Source: Thraustochytrium aureum
Lineage: Eukaryota
Reading direction: 5' to 3'
DNA length: 64,000 bases
Assembly (NCBI GenBank): GCA_012862495.1
Contig: BLSG01000343.1
Location: 59,984-123,983, forward strand
The number at the start of each line of letters is the position of its first letter. Positions within the stretch are counted from its first letter, which is position 1. Shown here piece after piece: positions 26,601 through 36,502 of the stretch. A program made the position numbers and the translations under genes. The notes beneath the pieces are model-generated. The model was not told the DNA's origin and did not search any database. It saw only the letters and a program-made list of their open reading frames with translations.

Positions 26601-29600
26601 GATCGCTGTGCGGCCCTGGGTTGTACTCTCCAACTCGCTTCCGTACACGCTCGAGATCCGGCTGTTCGTCCCAGCAACGGCGCAGGAGGAAGATGCGGAC
26701 GCTCGCGCCGAGTCAGAGTACAGAGCGCACGAGAGCCGCTCTCGCGGTGGATTTGGCACAAGAGGGTCGCGTGCCACGAAGAACAAGTCGGACGATGAAG
26801 ACGACGCGGTGTCTGATGATTCCGGAGTGGCGGCAAAAAGTGGAGTCGGGTCAGAGCGCTCCTTTGTCCTTGGCGAAGGGAAGGGATCCGTGCTTGTTGA
26901 GCCTGGTGGCGAAATCGCAATCTGCCGCGTCGCCAAGGACACGGCGGTGAGGTTCCGTCTGCCGGACTTGGGCACGGGCTGGTCGGCACCGCATCGCTTT
27001 CTCGAAATCGGGATCGTCGCGGGTAAGCAGCAGTCGGCAAGCACCAAGTCTGGCCCGGAAAGTGCTTCGGCGGAGGAGCGGCGCGCTGGGTTGCGGAGTG
27101 GAAGCGTGGTCTCGTTCTGGGTGCCTGGTTCGGCGGAGACCAGTCTCTCGGACCTCCTTGCCGAAGCGGAGATCGAGCGATCCCAAGACCCCTCCGGCCC
27201 TCTGCGCGTGGTTGTTTACTCGCCATTCTGGTTGTACAACTTTAGCGACTCGGTCCTCGTCGTGCGACCGAGCACGACATTCCTCCAGAAAGACAAGTCC
27301 GTGGACACCGTTCTCGCGCCACACTTTAGCGGGGAGTGTACGAAGTCGAGCGAGCGCACACTGCTGCCATTCATCCGAGCTGTCAACTCAAAGGGGTTGC
27401 AGGTCGCCGTCGCGCTTCCGCGAGACCTCAGGAATGTTCTCGGCCAATTCTCTGGCGAAACGCGGCAGGTCGGCGAGAACAACTGGATGCTGGGTTCGCG
27501 AGACTTTCGCGACCTGTCCGCGTCGGGCCACAGCGGGATCCCGTCGGCGCGCGACTTTTTGGTATCGTCCTGGTGCAAGCCCATCAAGATCAATCTCTCC
27601 TCGGGAACGCTGCAGAAGCGGTCGTTCAGGTTTGTGCTCAACTCGCTTACGGTTTTGCGGCGCGAGATTGGTATTGAGGTGGTCACAGGCGGCTCGAACG
27701 CCTTCACGCGAAGCGTGCAAATCATCTTCCGGTGCAGGTACCTGCTCGTGAACCGGGTCCCAGCCACCTTGCTGCATTTCACGCAGGACCTCCCGGAAGA
27801 TGAAGCACCGGGAACCTGCTTGAGCGAGCGCCGTGCAGAGCGCGAGATGCGAACGCTTCATGCCAAATTCTTCAAGCGAGCTGATGTCGAAGGACCATCA
27901 GCCAGAGCAGAGCAGGTCGACGGCCCAAGGGGAGACTTTGGCGAGCCAAGCGGAGCTGACGGCGGCCCGTCCTCGCCCCCCGCGCGGCGAAGCTCGCGCG
28001 TAGACTCTGGTGACACGTTTATAGAGCACGGGGATGGGGACGAAGTCGTGGACGGTTTTCACGCACCAGGGGTCGATGTCGTCGGGTTCGATTCGTACAA
28101 GGGCAGCTATCTTCTGCCTCGCCCCACAGAGTTGCGGTCCTACCATTTTGGCGGCTTTCGCAGCCAATATTTGCATCGCGAGTCGCTCTTCTCTTTCACT
28201 GCTTGCGACGCGGCTGGGAAATCACAGACGCTGCCGAGCGCGCCTCTAAGCGCAGATCGCGAGGTGGAGATTAGTGTCCTCCTTCGATCCCCTGCCGGCA
28301 GTAGCCGCCCCGAGCGCGGGGCGAGGCGCATCCGCGTTTCCGTGCGCGAGGAAGGTGCGACGACGTTTGTCCTGTTCGACGAGGACCAGACGCCCGGGCC
28401 AGTCCCTCGGCCTTTCTACCTGCTGCGAAACAGGAGTTCATACCCGATCGAGGTCTGGCAAGAGGGGGTCGCTCGAACTTGCCGCAACCTAGTCCTGCTG
28501 CCCTCCGACCAATTTGCGTTCGCGTGGGACCTGCCATCTAGAAGCCCAGTGGTGAATGCGCGCGCTTTGATGGAGCTGGCCGAGGACCAGGCCGAAGCGG
28601 TGCGGTACAAGGACCTTGTGTGGGAAAGCGGGGGCGAAGATCCCCCGCCCGCCGCCTTTAAAGCGATCTCGCGTCAGGAGCACTTTTCATTGACTCGGTC
28701 CAGCAGTTCGACAGCATCCTTGTCAACGAGGTGCGCCAAGAGTTTGGGTTTTCTCGCGACGTGATCCAGAATCACCTGGTCTCGGCTCGCGTCGCCGTCG
28801 AAGGTTTCATTGACGAGTCCACGCGCATACTCGAGTTTCGCGATGAGCGTGAGAGCGGGCGAAAGCGGGTCGAGCGCTCTCGCACCTCCCAAGCAGGCTC
28901 CATTGCGTCAGGGGGCGAGACGACGGGATCTGCTCCGATAGGATTTGGCGGGAGCATTGACGAGCCTGCCGCTGGGTTGTTCTTTGTCTCCCTCCGCGTT
29001 GTGCTCAAGGCTGGACCCCGCCTCAGTCCCCAAAAGGCGTACTCAGTTGTAGCACGTTGCGGAGGCAAGAGCCGCGAGTTCAACGCGGAGGTCTTGGCGA
29101 GCGACGATGTTGACGATGCGATGCTGAGCGTGTTTGAGCCTGTCGAATTCAGCCTCAGCGACCGGCCGAGCCAGGTTTTCTTGCTGGTGTACGAGCGCGC
29201 CACGAAGGCGGGTGCCGAAAACACCCTCGTGCAGACGGGCACAGTGGCTCTTCATGGCCAGGTGTGGAGGCTTGAAGAGAAAGGCACCAGCGCGGGATGG
29301 CTGCACGTCAACAGCTTGGCTTGGCTCGAAATCGCGCAGAAAGTCGAAGAGCAAGAGTTGTCGCGTCGTCGCCGAGTGGAAGAACTCCTGTCGCATGGCA
29401 TGCCACTGCGAAAGTTGTCGCAGCATGCGACCACAGGCGAGCAAGTCGTTGAAGCCCTCGAGCGGCCGCTATCAAAGTCAGCACGGAAACCCTTGTCGGG
29501 CGCTGTGCGAGGCGCGGCCCCCGAATCGTCACAGGGCGTGTCTCGGGCAGCAGGTTCGGAGTCGTTCGGGACGTCAGCGGGCGGGGTCCTTTCGAGCGAA

Positions 29601-31785
29601 GCTTCGAGCCGGTCTGACGTGAAGCGATCNNNNNNNNNNNNNNNNNNNNNNNNNNNNNNNNNNNNNNNNNNNNNNNNNNNNNNNNNNNNNNNNNNNNNNN
29701 NNNNNNNNNNNNNNNNNNNNNNNNNNNNNNNNNNNNNNNCGGTCTGACGTGAAGCGATCGCTCATGTTTGAGATGCTGAACGATTCGCTGCGAGCGCAAG
29801 GCACCTCGTTGAGGCCACAGCGAGCCCTGGACGAGGCAGCTCCGCTGGACGCGGGCAGCCCGGGAGGACCAGAGCGACAGGACTCGTGCGAAACCAACGA
29901 TACACGCATGGCAATCGACTATTGGCCAACGTACACGCTGCACGACCCGAACGAGGCCAAGGGATCGATTGCTGAGGCACTCGACCCGCGGAAGATTTCG
30001 TTTGCCCTGCAGAAGCGGTTCTTGCACAAGCTGGAGGCCGTCTCGGCCTTGAACTCTGAGGCGTGGATCCAGGTGCGCTGCGTTTCACGAGTTGCCTTGC
30101 CCGGGCTGGTGCGCACTGGTTCGAGGGCCCTTGCTGCCGGCAAGCCTCAATCCAACGGGGCGGGGGAGCACCGGAATGCCGCGTTTCGCCCGGTGCCTGG
30201 TGCAGATAGCGCTGCGGCACCCACGCCCACGCCGCCGCCCCTTATCCTGCATCTTTTCCTGACCTCTATCGGTGTTTCATTCGTGCACGCCGAGCGGCGG
30301 CGCGAGGTGTGCTACGTCATTGCGCAGCGCGTAGGCATCAAGGCGAACTTTGAGGCGGGGGCCAATGTGTTGTCGACGACCATCGGCAACTTTCAGATAG
30401 ACAACCACGACCCGGGCTCGACGTTTCAATTGGTTCTATACCCGGAGGAACTTGTCCCACCGACTGCTCCCGACGGCTCGCAGCTCAAGTACCCGTCTCC
30501 CGAATACTTTGTTGCCCGCCGGAACATGTTTCGGCTCGACCTTATCGCGCGCCAGAACCGGCAGTTCCTGGAGGTCGAGTCGTTCGAGATCGACATCGCC
30601 CCGATCAAGCTCAATGTGGAGGAGGCGTTTATAGGGAATGCGCTTCGCCTCGTCTCCAAGGCGTTATCGAGCGAAGAGGTCACAGAGGCGGTCGGTGCGA
30701 TGCGGCTGAGACGTGAAATCTTGCACCCGCCTTCCATCAACGCAGAGTTTGTGAGCAACATCCGCGCCCTGGGTGACTTTGTGTTTGTGCACTACTTTCG
30801 GGTCGCCGACGTGGTGGTGGTTCTTAACGCGAGGCTGCAGGGGGGCGCAGACCTCAAGGGGCAGGATGAGCTCAGCTTGCAGCTGCGCCATCTTGTGCCG
30901 AAGCTCTCGATCGACGAGCTCCGCTTGCGGTTCCGCGAGTTTGCGCGATCCAACCGGTTCGAGCCCAAGGCCGAGTTTTCGCGCAAGCTCGAGGGCCACA
31001 TATGGAGCGAAGTGCTCTATGGCAATGCCTCCAAGGTACTTGCGCAGACGAATGTGGTCGTCAATCCGCTCCCGTCCGCAAAGATCATCCTCAAGGGCCT
31101 CTCTGATGTGTTCTGCCAACCATACAAGCGCGCCCACTTGGGAGTTCGGGGCTGCTGCACGGGTTGCCAGCTGGGCCTCACGTCGCTCATCGCCAACCTC
31201 TCCTCGGGCGTGACAGAAATCGTCTATTCTTCGACAAGACTGGCTGTCATTGCAGTCGTAGAGGTTGCAGGGGCAGACAGGTTTGATGTGGTCTCGCGGC
31301 CAACGGTGATCACCCTCGCGGCGGTTCGCGAAGTTTCGCATGCCATTTCGAACTCATCTTCCAGGATCTCGTACGACCTGCTCAACGACCGCGTGCACGC
31401 CGCGCCTGTGCGCGCACCGCGCAAGTTCAACCGCCGTGGAAAGCTAACACTCTATGGACCAGGCAACTTTCCTCTTGACGAGGAGCTCGTCCGCCAGACG
31501 CGTGCTTCTGCAATCATCCGCCGTCGCTGGGAGGCTGCGAAGACGATCCGTCGGCTCCGTGAGAAGGCTAGGCAAGACGGCCTGCTCGCCGTTGCCATGG
31601 CCGACTTGGACCAGCTCCGAGGCGTCTCCGCGGCGCGTCCTGGGATTGCCATGCGCTTTTGGCTCAGTATGAAGGGCCTCGCCAGTGCCTTCAAGACCGA
31701 GTTCCAGAACGCGCGCAACACGGAGGCCGAGACGGAGGACCCCGATGCCGCTATTGAGTCCGACAAGCTCCTCCCGTCCCGCTAG
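14668..31785 (+). CDS. VPS13: VPS13-family bridge-like lipid transfer protein (~5500 aa; gaps and frameshifts)
   Basis: Chorein-N start 'MVLSGLVKRVLQRFLDAFVEG...PVRLVRAYVGKVTLDVPFARLGSRPVKLNLQDVLVLA'. Also 'YYNRRIGSWEHLIEPW...LNINVS'; VAB/SHR-binding-like repeats ('VVVYSPFWLYNFS', 'YLLVNR', 'YLLRNRS...VWQ...FAWDLP'); and C-terminal 'IGVSFV...REVCY...IGNFQIDNH'. Spans ORFs starting at 14668, 17270, 19087, 20267, 23422, 28731 and 29749. Confidence 0.88.
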
Positions 31786-31990
31786 TTCGCCTGCGAACGC
31801 CTGCCGCCCCGCAAGGCGCGACCCCGGTCGACCGGACTCGTCGACGACAGCCAGGTGCAAGGACGACAACGGAGGAGCGCGGGCGACCGGTGCCGTAGGA
31901 AGGGAACGCAAGTCACTTGTAGTACTCTCAATCAGCGAAGCGCGAGCCGAGCAACTTGAAAACGCACTTGCACCCACTACTTACACTGGG

Positions 31991-34900
31991 TACCCTCACT
32001 CTGGCCATTCCCGTGTAGAATTTTAAAAAGGCCAACAAATTGGCGGTGCCTGTCGTCATCCAGACCCAATAGCAGTCCAACCCATCACGTATGCTCGCTC
32101 GCGTCTGCAACGTCACAAGCTCCGCTGGTCATGCAACCTGGCACTGGAGGCTTGGAAGTGAGGAAAACGGCCACATCTGTCCGATCTAACTGAACTGATG
32201 GGCCAGATCTTGAAATTCAAGTTAACATGATGAACAAAGGCAGCCTTCTTTTGCCCAAGTCGGAGAAATAGGTAGTAACAGAGCAAGTCAATGACGTTCC
32301 CGAGCTTGGAACGCGACTTCGGCTGAGGGATGGATTCGAGCGCTTGGCTTACACGAGAAGGCAATACGCAACAGCTCAACCCTTGATGTTCCCGATTAAA
32401 AATTTAAGTTTCGACTTGTGCAGAGAATGTGGCTCGGGGTCTGCGTTTTCGCTTACTTGACGCTCCAGCATGAGGTTGCGCTGGTGGTTCGGTATCATCT
32501 TGCCCCGGCCCTGCACTATGCTCGGGACACTCCGTCACATTGAGACTTTGCGTTGGCGGACCGTCACTCGTTGTCAAGTAAGTCGCCTTCTCCGGGAAGC
32601 GAGACAGGATACAAGGCGGGTAGGGGACGCACTGGAGCGAGTGAAAGTCAGCAAAGCAGTGCTTGCAAATCGGGATCCTGCATACCGAGCACTGCTTACT
32701 CGTACTCCGACCCATCCGCGAAGTGTACTTGGCGTCGTGCTTCTGGTTCACGCAGAACTTGCAACAAACACTGCACGTCTGGTTTGGTGGCCCCTTCACG
32801 AGAGCGTGTGTCTCGTCTCGGTTCAGGCGACGGCGAAGGAACGCAGGGTCCTTGTTTGCGGCAAAGAGAGCGTTGTACTTGACCTCCGTCGTCTTCACAA
32901 CGATGTCAGGCTGCTGGGGAGGCTCACTTTGTGCAAACACCTGGGGGGTGATTCTGCCTTTCGCGGCCTTGTTGATATTGAGCTTCTCCGGTTTATCCAA
33001 ACCCTTGGTGATGCCCATCAGGAAGACACGGTATGTAGTTCCTTCAGAACGCTCTCGACAAAACTTTGGAAAGGACTGGTACTCCTTGATACGGCGTATC
33101 CCCAAAACGAGCCAACGCGTTGACGCGGTAAGCGTTGTAGAGGCAATAGTCAAGGTGAACCAACCAGAAAAGCGATGACGGCTGCATAGGCCCGTAATCC
33201 GGTTTCTGATTGTTGATCGCCCGCCGCATTGTGTCCGCACCCGCCATGAAGTGGTTCGAGGCAGAAACCGTTTTAGGTACCAGCCTTCTGCACCGTGGGG
33301 GCGTGCCATGCTCCGAACGTCCGCGTCATGCGCCTTCCAGAGCCCAAGCGTCAAGTCTACGGTGTGGTGCTCGATCGCATAGCCGTAAGCCGGGTGACGG
33401 TCAGGCGCAATCCGCGGGGGGGCACCCTCGTCGCCGTACGCGAAGCCCATGTGACGGTCTTGGATAAGCTTGAAGAAACGGACCCACGCACCGCGCTGGG
33501 CGGTGGTGACCTGAATAAGCACCGCACGCGAGATCGAAGTCCTCGTCGAGAATACGACAAGAGTATAGTCCAGCCCAAGAACAGCCGCGTGGTGAATAGC
33601 CTGCGCCCTGTGGGATGCGTTGGGAACTGCATGACGAAACTGAGCTGTCCCTGCCGTAACCTCCTCAAAGCGAGATGTCGACGCAAGCTCGAGACGAGCC
33701 TCTGTGTTGTCTGTGCAAGAGGTCTTGAACTCTAGCGCAACAAGACACTGAAACTCGTAGCCGGAGCCCTCGTCGTGCTTGCGAAGGAGAGCAGCAACGC
33801 CGTCAGGAGAGTCTGCCGCAAAAGTGCAGCCGCGAGTAGCCACGAGACCATACTCCTTCACGTGGTCAAGAGCAAACTTCCTCTTCGAAGCGTCCTCGAC
33901 GAACGCACCGATGCCTCGCATGATAGAAGCCTCGTTCGCAGAGCCAACTCGAAGGGGGCTCAATGCGTTTCGAAACTCGTTTGGCTTCATGAACCAGAAG
34001 CGCATCATCAATCGAAGCAACGCGATTTGGGCGTTTGCGCCATTCTCGTCGTCGCTGGACGACTCTGGACCCAGTATCGCATTGCTAACGGGGTCTCCGA
34101 CACGTTCGTCTTCGTCCTCGCAATCGTCGTCAGAGTTGGATAGAGCAGCAGAATGGCGGGTCGCGGATGACGAGTGCATTGGCTGCAGCGTGGTCGGCGT
34201 TGATGTGGAGCTGGACTGTGCAGCGTCTGATGGGCTCGGTGGAGGATGCGTGGCAGCGGCCTGCCATTGGGGCGCGATGATCGCACCAGTGTCTCGATGC
34301 AGCTTTGCAAAGACCGCCGCGAGGCCTTGCTTGGTGTTCGTTTTGGGCATTGACGAGAGCATGCCCGAGTCGACGAGCCCCTTCGCCGCGGCCCGCATCT
34401 CGTCCAGGCTCATGTTTTCTTTGTAGTACACCGCGGTCGCTCGGGAGGCCCCTTTCCCGTTTGAGGGAGGGCGTGCCGCCTTGACTCGATGCTTTGCGGG
34501 CACAGCACTCACCGGGATCTCGGCATGGACCACAGATGTTGCGTTGTTGGCTGTGAGCCGCATTTGGGGATTGAGTTGCGCAATGCTCTTCAAAGTCGTG
34601 TGCAGAACGTTGAGCTCTGGCGTGTCAACATACGCTGCTTCAGCATAGTTAAGCATCACGAACGCGGCAGAGCTGGTGCACCGGAATGCGCGAGCAAGGA
34701 ACCAGGCCGGCGTGCGCTGGTGCTGTGTGAGCACGTAGATCCCTGACTCCATCTTTGCATAGGCAAACAAGATCTTGTCCCGTTTGGTGGCGCTCTCGCT
34801 CAACGCCTCCATTGGTGCGACAGTGTGGGGTCTCCGCGCCACTCCGCCTGGGGAGGTGGGATTCGTACCCTTTGTCACTTCGTAAACGAAGCGAGGGCCT

Positions 34901-36502
34901 TTGAAGCACTTGACCGACGTGATGAGCCGGGCAACCCTTGCCTTGCCCTGTCCGTGCCTTTGGGCCAAAGCCTCGACCCCAAGGCTCCGGTTCTCGGCTA
35001 CAAAAGCCGTTCGCGTACCAAAGAGGCCAACATTGACACGCCCGTTTGAAGTCGCCTCTGTAGGAGTTCGCTCGGCCGTCGCGAATGGGAAAGATTTGGT
35101 GTCTCGGATGGTCCCGAGGAACTGGATCCCAACGTTCTTGAGCATGCTGAGAATGTTGGTCATCTCGTCGCCTTTGGAGAGGGCCAAGTACCCACGGTCG
35201 ATGAAAACGACAAGTTTCCGGGCTTCGTGCAAGGGGATCCTCTTGGCTTGTGCTACCCCAAAAAGCGTTGCCAAGACCTCCTCCACGACGCCCACCGTGC
35301 TGGAAGTGAGTTCCTCGAAGCATGTTGAGAGAACCAGCTGCGTTCCGACACTGACGACGGCGTGCACGACAGGTTGCGTCTTCTTTTTCCGAGTTGTCTG
35401 CAGCCTAAAACCACTCTTTTCCCACGTCTTGGAGGTGTACGGCAGCTTGTCGTCATCCAGGTTGACCCAGGTGACGCCAGGCACGAAGAACAACGAGCTC
35501 CAGTACGTTCGACAAATGTCTTGGACTTTTCGCAGGTCTGGGTCGACGCTGTACACGGGGTTGAAGTCTCCTTCCAATGACGACCTCGCACGCTTCGAAC
35601 TGAATGGCTTGTCCATTTCGGCCATAGCCTTTCTCACGCGTTCGTGAGCGGGTATGTGGTCCATGCACAGGTTGAGACCTAAATTCATCCGTTTGTAGTC
35701 TGCAATAGACATGCGGAATACACGAAGGTGCACTTCGACCCGCAAGAACATGAATATATCTCGCAGGTCGATGGACTGGTCAGCACTCTGAAGCCACTTC
35801 GCAAACTCGCTCAAATAGTTGGGCGGCAGGCAGGCCAGGAAGCAGGTGGTGGGGTCCGTCAAGTCCGTAGACCCCGAGCCCTCCACAACCTTGCCCACTT
35901 TGTCGAGGATAAACTCCGCCTCGGCCTTCGCCTTCTCCAACAAGATGGAATCGGCGGAGTTGTACTCAATTGTGACGTCGTCGACGCGAAGACGGTTGCT
36001 TTTGAGCTCCCCATGGTACTCCGAGCCAGCATCAGAGAAAGAGGTGTAGAACCACCCAGTTCGGGAACTGGGCGGCAACGGCGGCTCCAGTTCCGGACTT
36101 TCGTCTTCTGAAGCCCACGACGACCCGGACGACTCGTCGTCGTCTGTGTCACTCTGCTCACGCCCATGCAGCATTCTAGCTCCGCCACCGCCGAGCGCAG
36201 AGTCCTGCGCGCACTTCCCAATGCGCTGCCTATGCGCTGCACTCTCCGCCCTTTGATTTCCTTGCGGTTCACTCGTCGCCGCTGCAACCAGCTTGCTGCT
36301 CGTGCTCTGCCTGATGCTACTCTGCCCTGGAGGTGGCGGGTAGATGCTCACGTGTTCAAAAAAATCCGGTTGCTCCAATGAGCACAGCAGATTTCAAGAA
36401 CGAGGCCGGCAAGGGGAGGCACGATTCTGAACGTGAAAAAAAGGTTAAAATGTTCTGCCGATGTTTTAACTGAAATCTCCAGTTAAAAAAGGCGTGAGGG
36501 TA
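31991..36502 (-). mobile_element. piggyBac-related DNA transposon carrying a YqaJ-like nuclease (~4.5 kb)
   Basis: Inverted termini TACCCTCAC (31991-31999) and GTGAGGGTA (36494-36502), i.e. piggyBac-like CCCT...AGGG ends flanked by TA. It has AT-rich subterminal tracts, is visibly less GC-rich than its flanks, holds one large transposase ORF, and sits between two host genes. Confidence 0.75.
32404..36174 (-). CDS. piggyBac-type DDD transposase with inserted YqaJ/lambda-exonuclease-like PD-(D/E)XK domain and C-terminal Cys-rich domain
   Basis: D1 'VNLDDDKLPY' (~35455), D2 'VFIDRGYL' (~35197), then 'GIQFLGTIR'. YqaJ motifs 'QRTPAWFLARAFRCTSS', 'GSANE', 'EYGL...ADSPDGV', 'LEFKT', 'HRAQ'. D3 'SASNHFMAGADTM' and 'LFWLVHLDYCLYNAY' are in a shifted frame (~33100-33310). 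C-terminal 'CSVC...RSTSKQCSVCRIPICKHCFADFH'. First ATG is at 36174; the frame is open to 36378. Confidence 0.85.
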   Translation of the reverse strand: MLHGREQSDTDDDESSGSSWASEDESPELEPPLPPSSRTGWFYTSFSDAGSEYHGELKSNRLRVDDVTIEYNSADSILLEKAKAEAEFILDKVGKVVEGSGSTDLTDPTTCFLACLPPNYLSEFAKWLQSADQSIDLRDIFMFLRVEVHLRVFRMSIADYKRMNLGLNLCMDHIPAHERVRKAMAEMDKPFSSKRARSSLEGDFNPVYSVDPDLRKVQDICRTYWSSLFFVPGVTWVNLDDDKLPYTSKTWEKSGFRLQTTRKKKTQPVVHAVVSVGTQLVLSTCFEELTSSTVGVVEEVLATLFGVAQAKRIPLHEARKLVVFIDRGYLALSKGDEMTNILSMLKNVGIQFLGTIRDTKSFPFATAERTPTEATSNGRVNVGLFGTRTAFVAENRSLGVEALAQRHGQGKARVARLITSVKCFKGPRFVYEVTKGTNPTSPGGVARRPHTVAPMEALSESATKRDKILFAYAKMESGIYVLTQHQRTPAWFLARAFRCTSSAAFVMLNYAEAAYVDTPELNVLHTTLKSIAQLNPQMRLTANNATSVVHAEIPVSAVPAKHRVKAARPPSNGKGASRATAVYYKENMSLDEMRAAAKGLVDSGMLSSMPKTNTKQGLAAVFAKLHRDTGAIIAPQWQAAATHPPPSPSDAAQSSSTSTPTTLQPMHSSSATRHSAALSNSDDDCEDEDERVGDPVSNAILGPESSSDDENGANAQIALLRLMMRFWFMKPNEFRNALSPLRVGSANEASIMRGIGAFVEDASKRKFALDHVKEYGLVATRGCTFAADSPDGVAALLRKHDEGSGYEFQCLVALEFKTSCTDNTEARLELASTSRFEEVTAGTAQFRHAVPNASHRAQAIHHAAVLGLDYTLVVFSTRTSISRAVLIQVTTAQRGAWVRFFKLIQDRHMGFAYGDEGAPPRIAPDRHPAYGYAIEHHTVDLTLGLWKAHDADVRSMARPHGAEGWYLKRFLPRTTSWRVRTQCGGRSTIRNRITGLCSRHRFSGWFTLTIASTTLTASTRWLVLGIRRIKEYQSFPKFCRERSEGTTYRVFLMGITKGLDKPEKLNINKAAKGRITPQVFAQSEPPQQPDIVVKTTEVKYNALFAANKDPAFLRRRLNRDETHALVKGPPNQTCSVCCKFCVNQKHDAKYTSRMGRSTSKQCSVCRIPICKHCFADFHSLQCVPYPPCILSRFPEKATYLTTSDGPPTQSLNVTECPEHSAGPGQDDTEPPAQPHAGASSKRKRRPRATFSAQVET

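Noticed and set aside
32404..36378. Fanzor/TnpB or ISL2EU/Harbinger assignment for the transposon
   Set aside because: No RuvC motifs or TnpB-type zinc-ribbon layout. The nuclease is PD-(D/E)XK, and the transposase motifs, Cys-rich tail and CCC/GGG ends fit piggyBac, with the nuclease fused rather than in a separate ORF.
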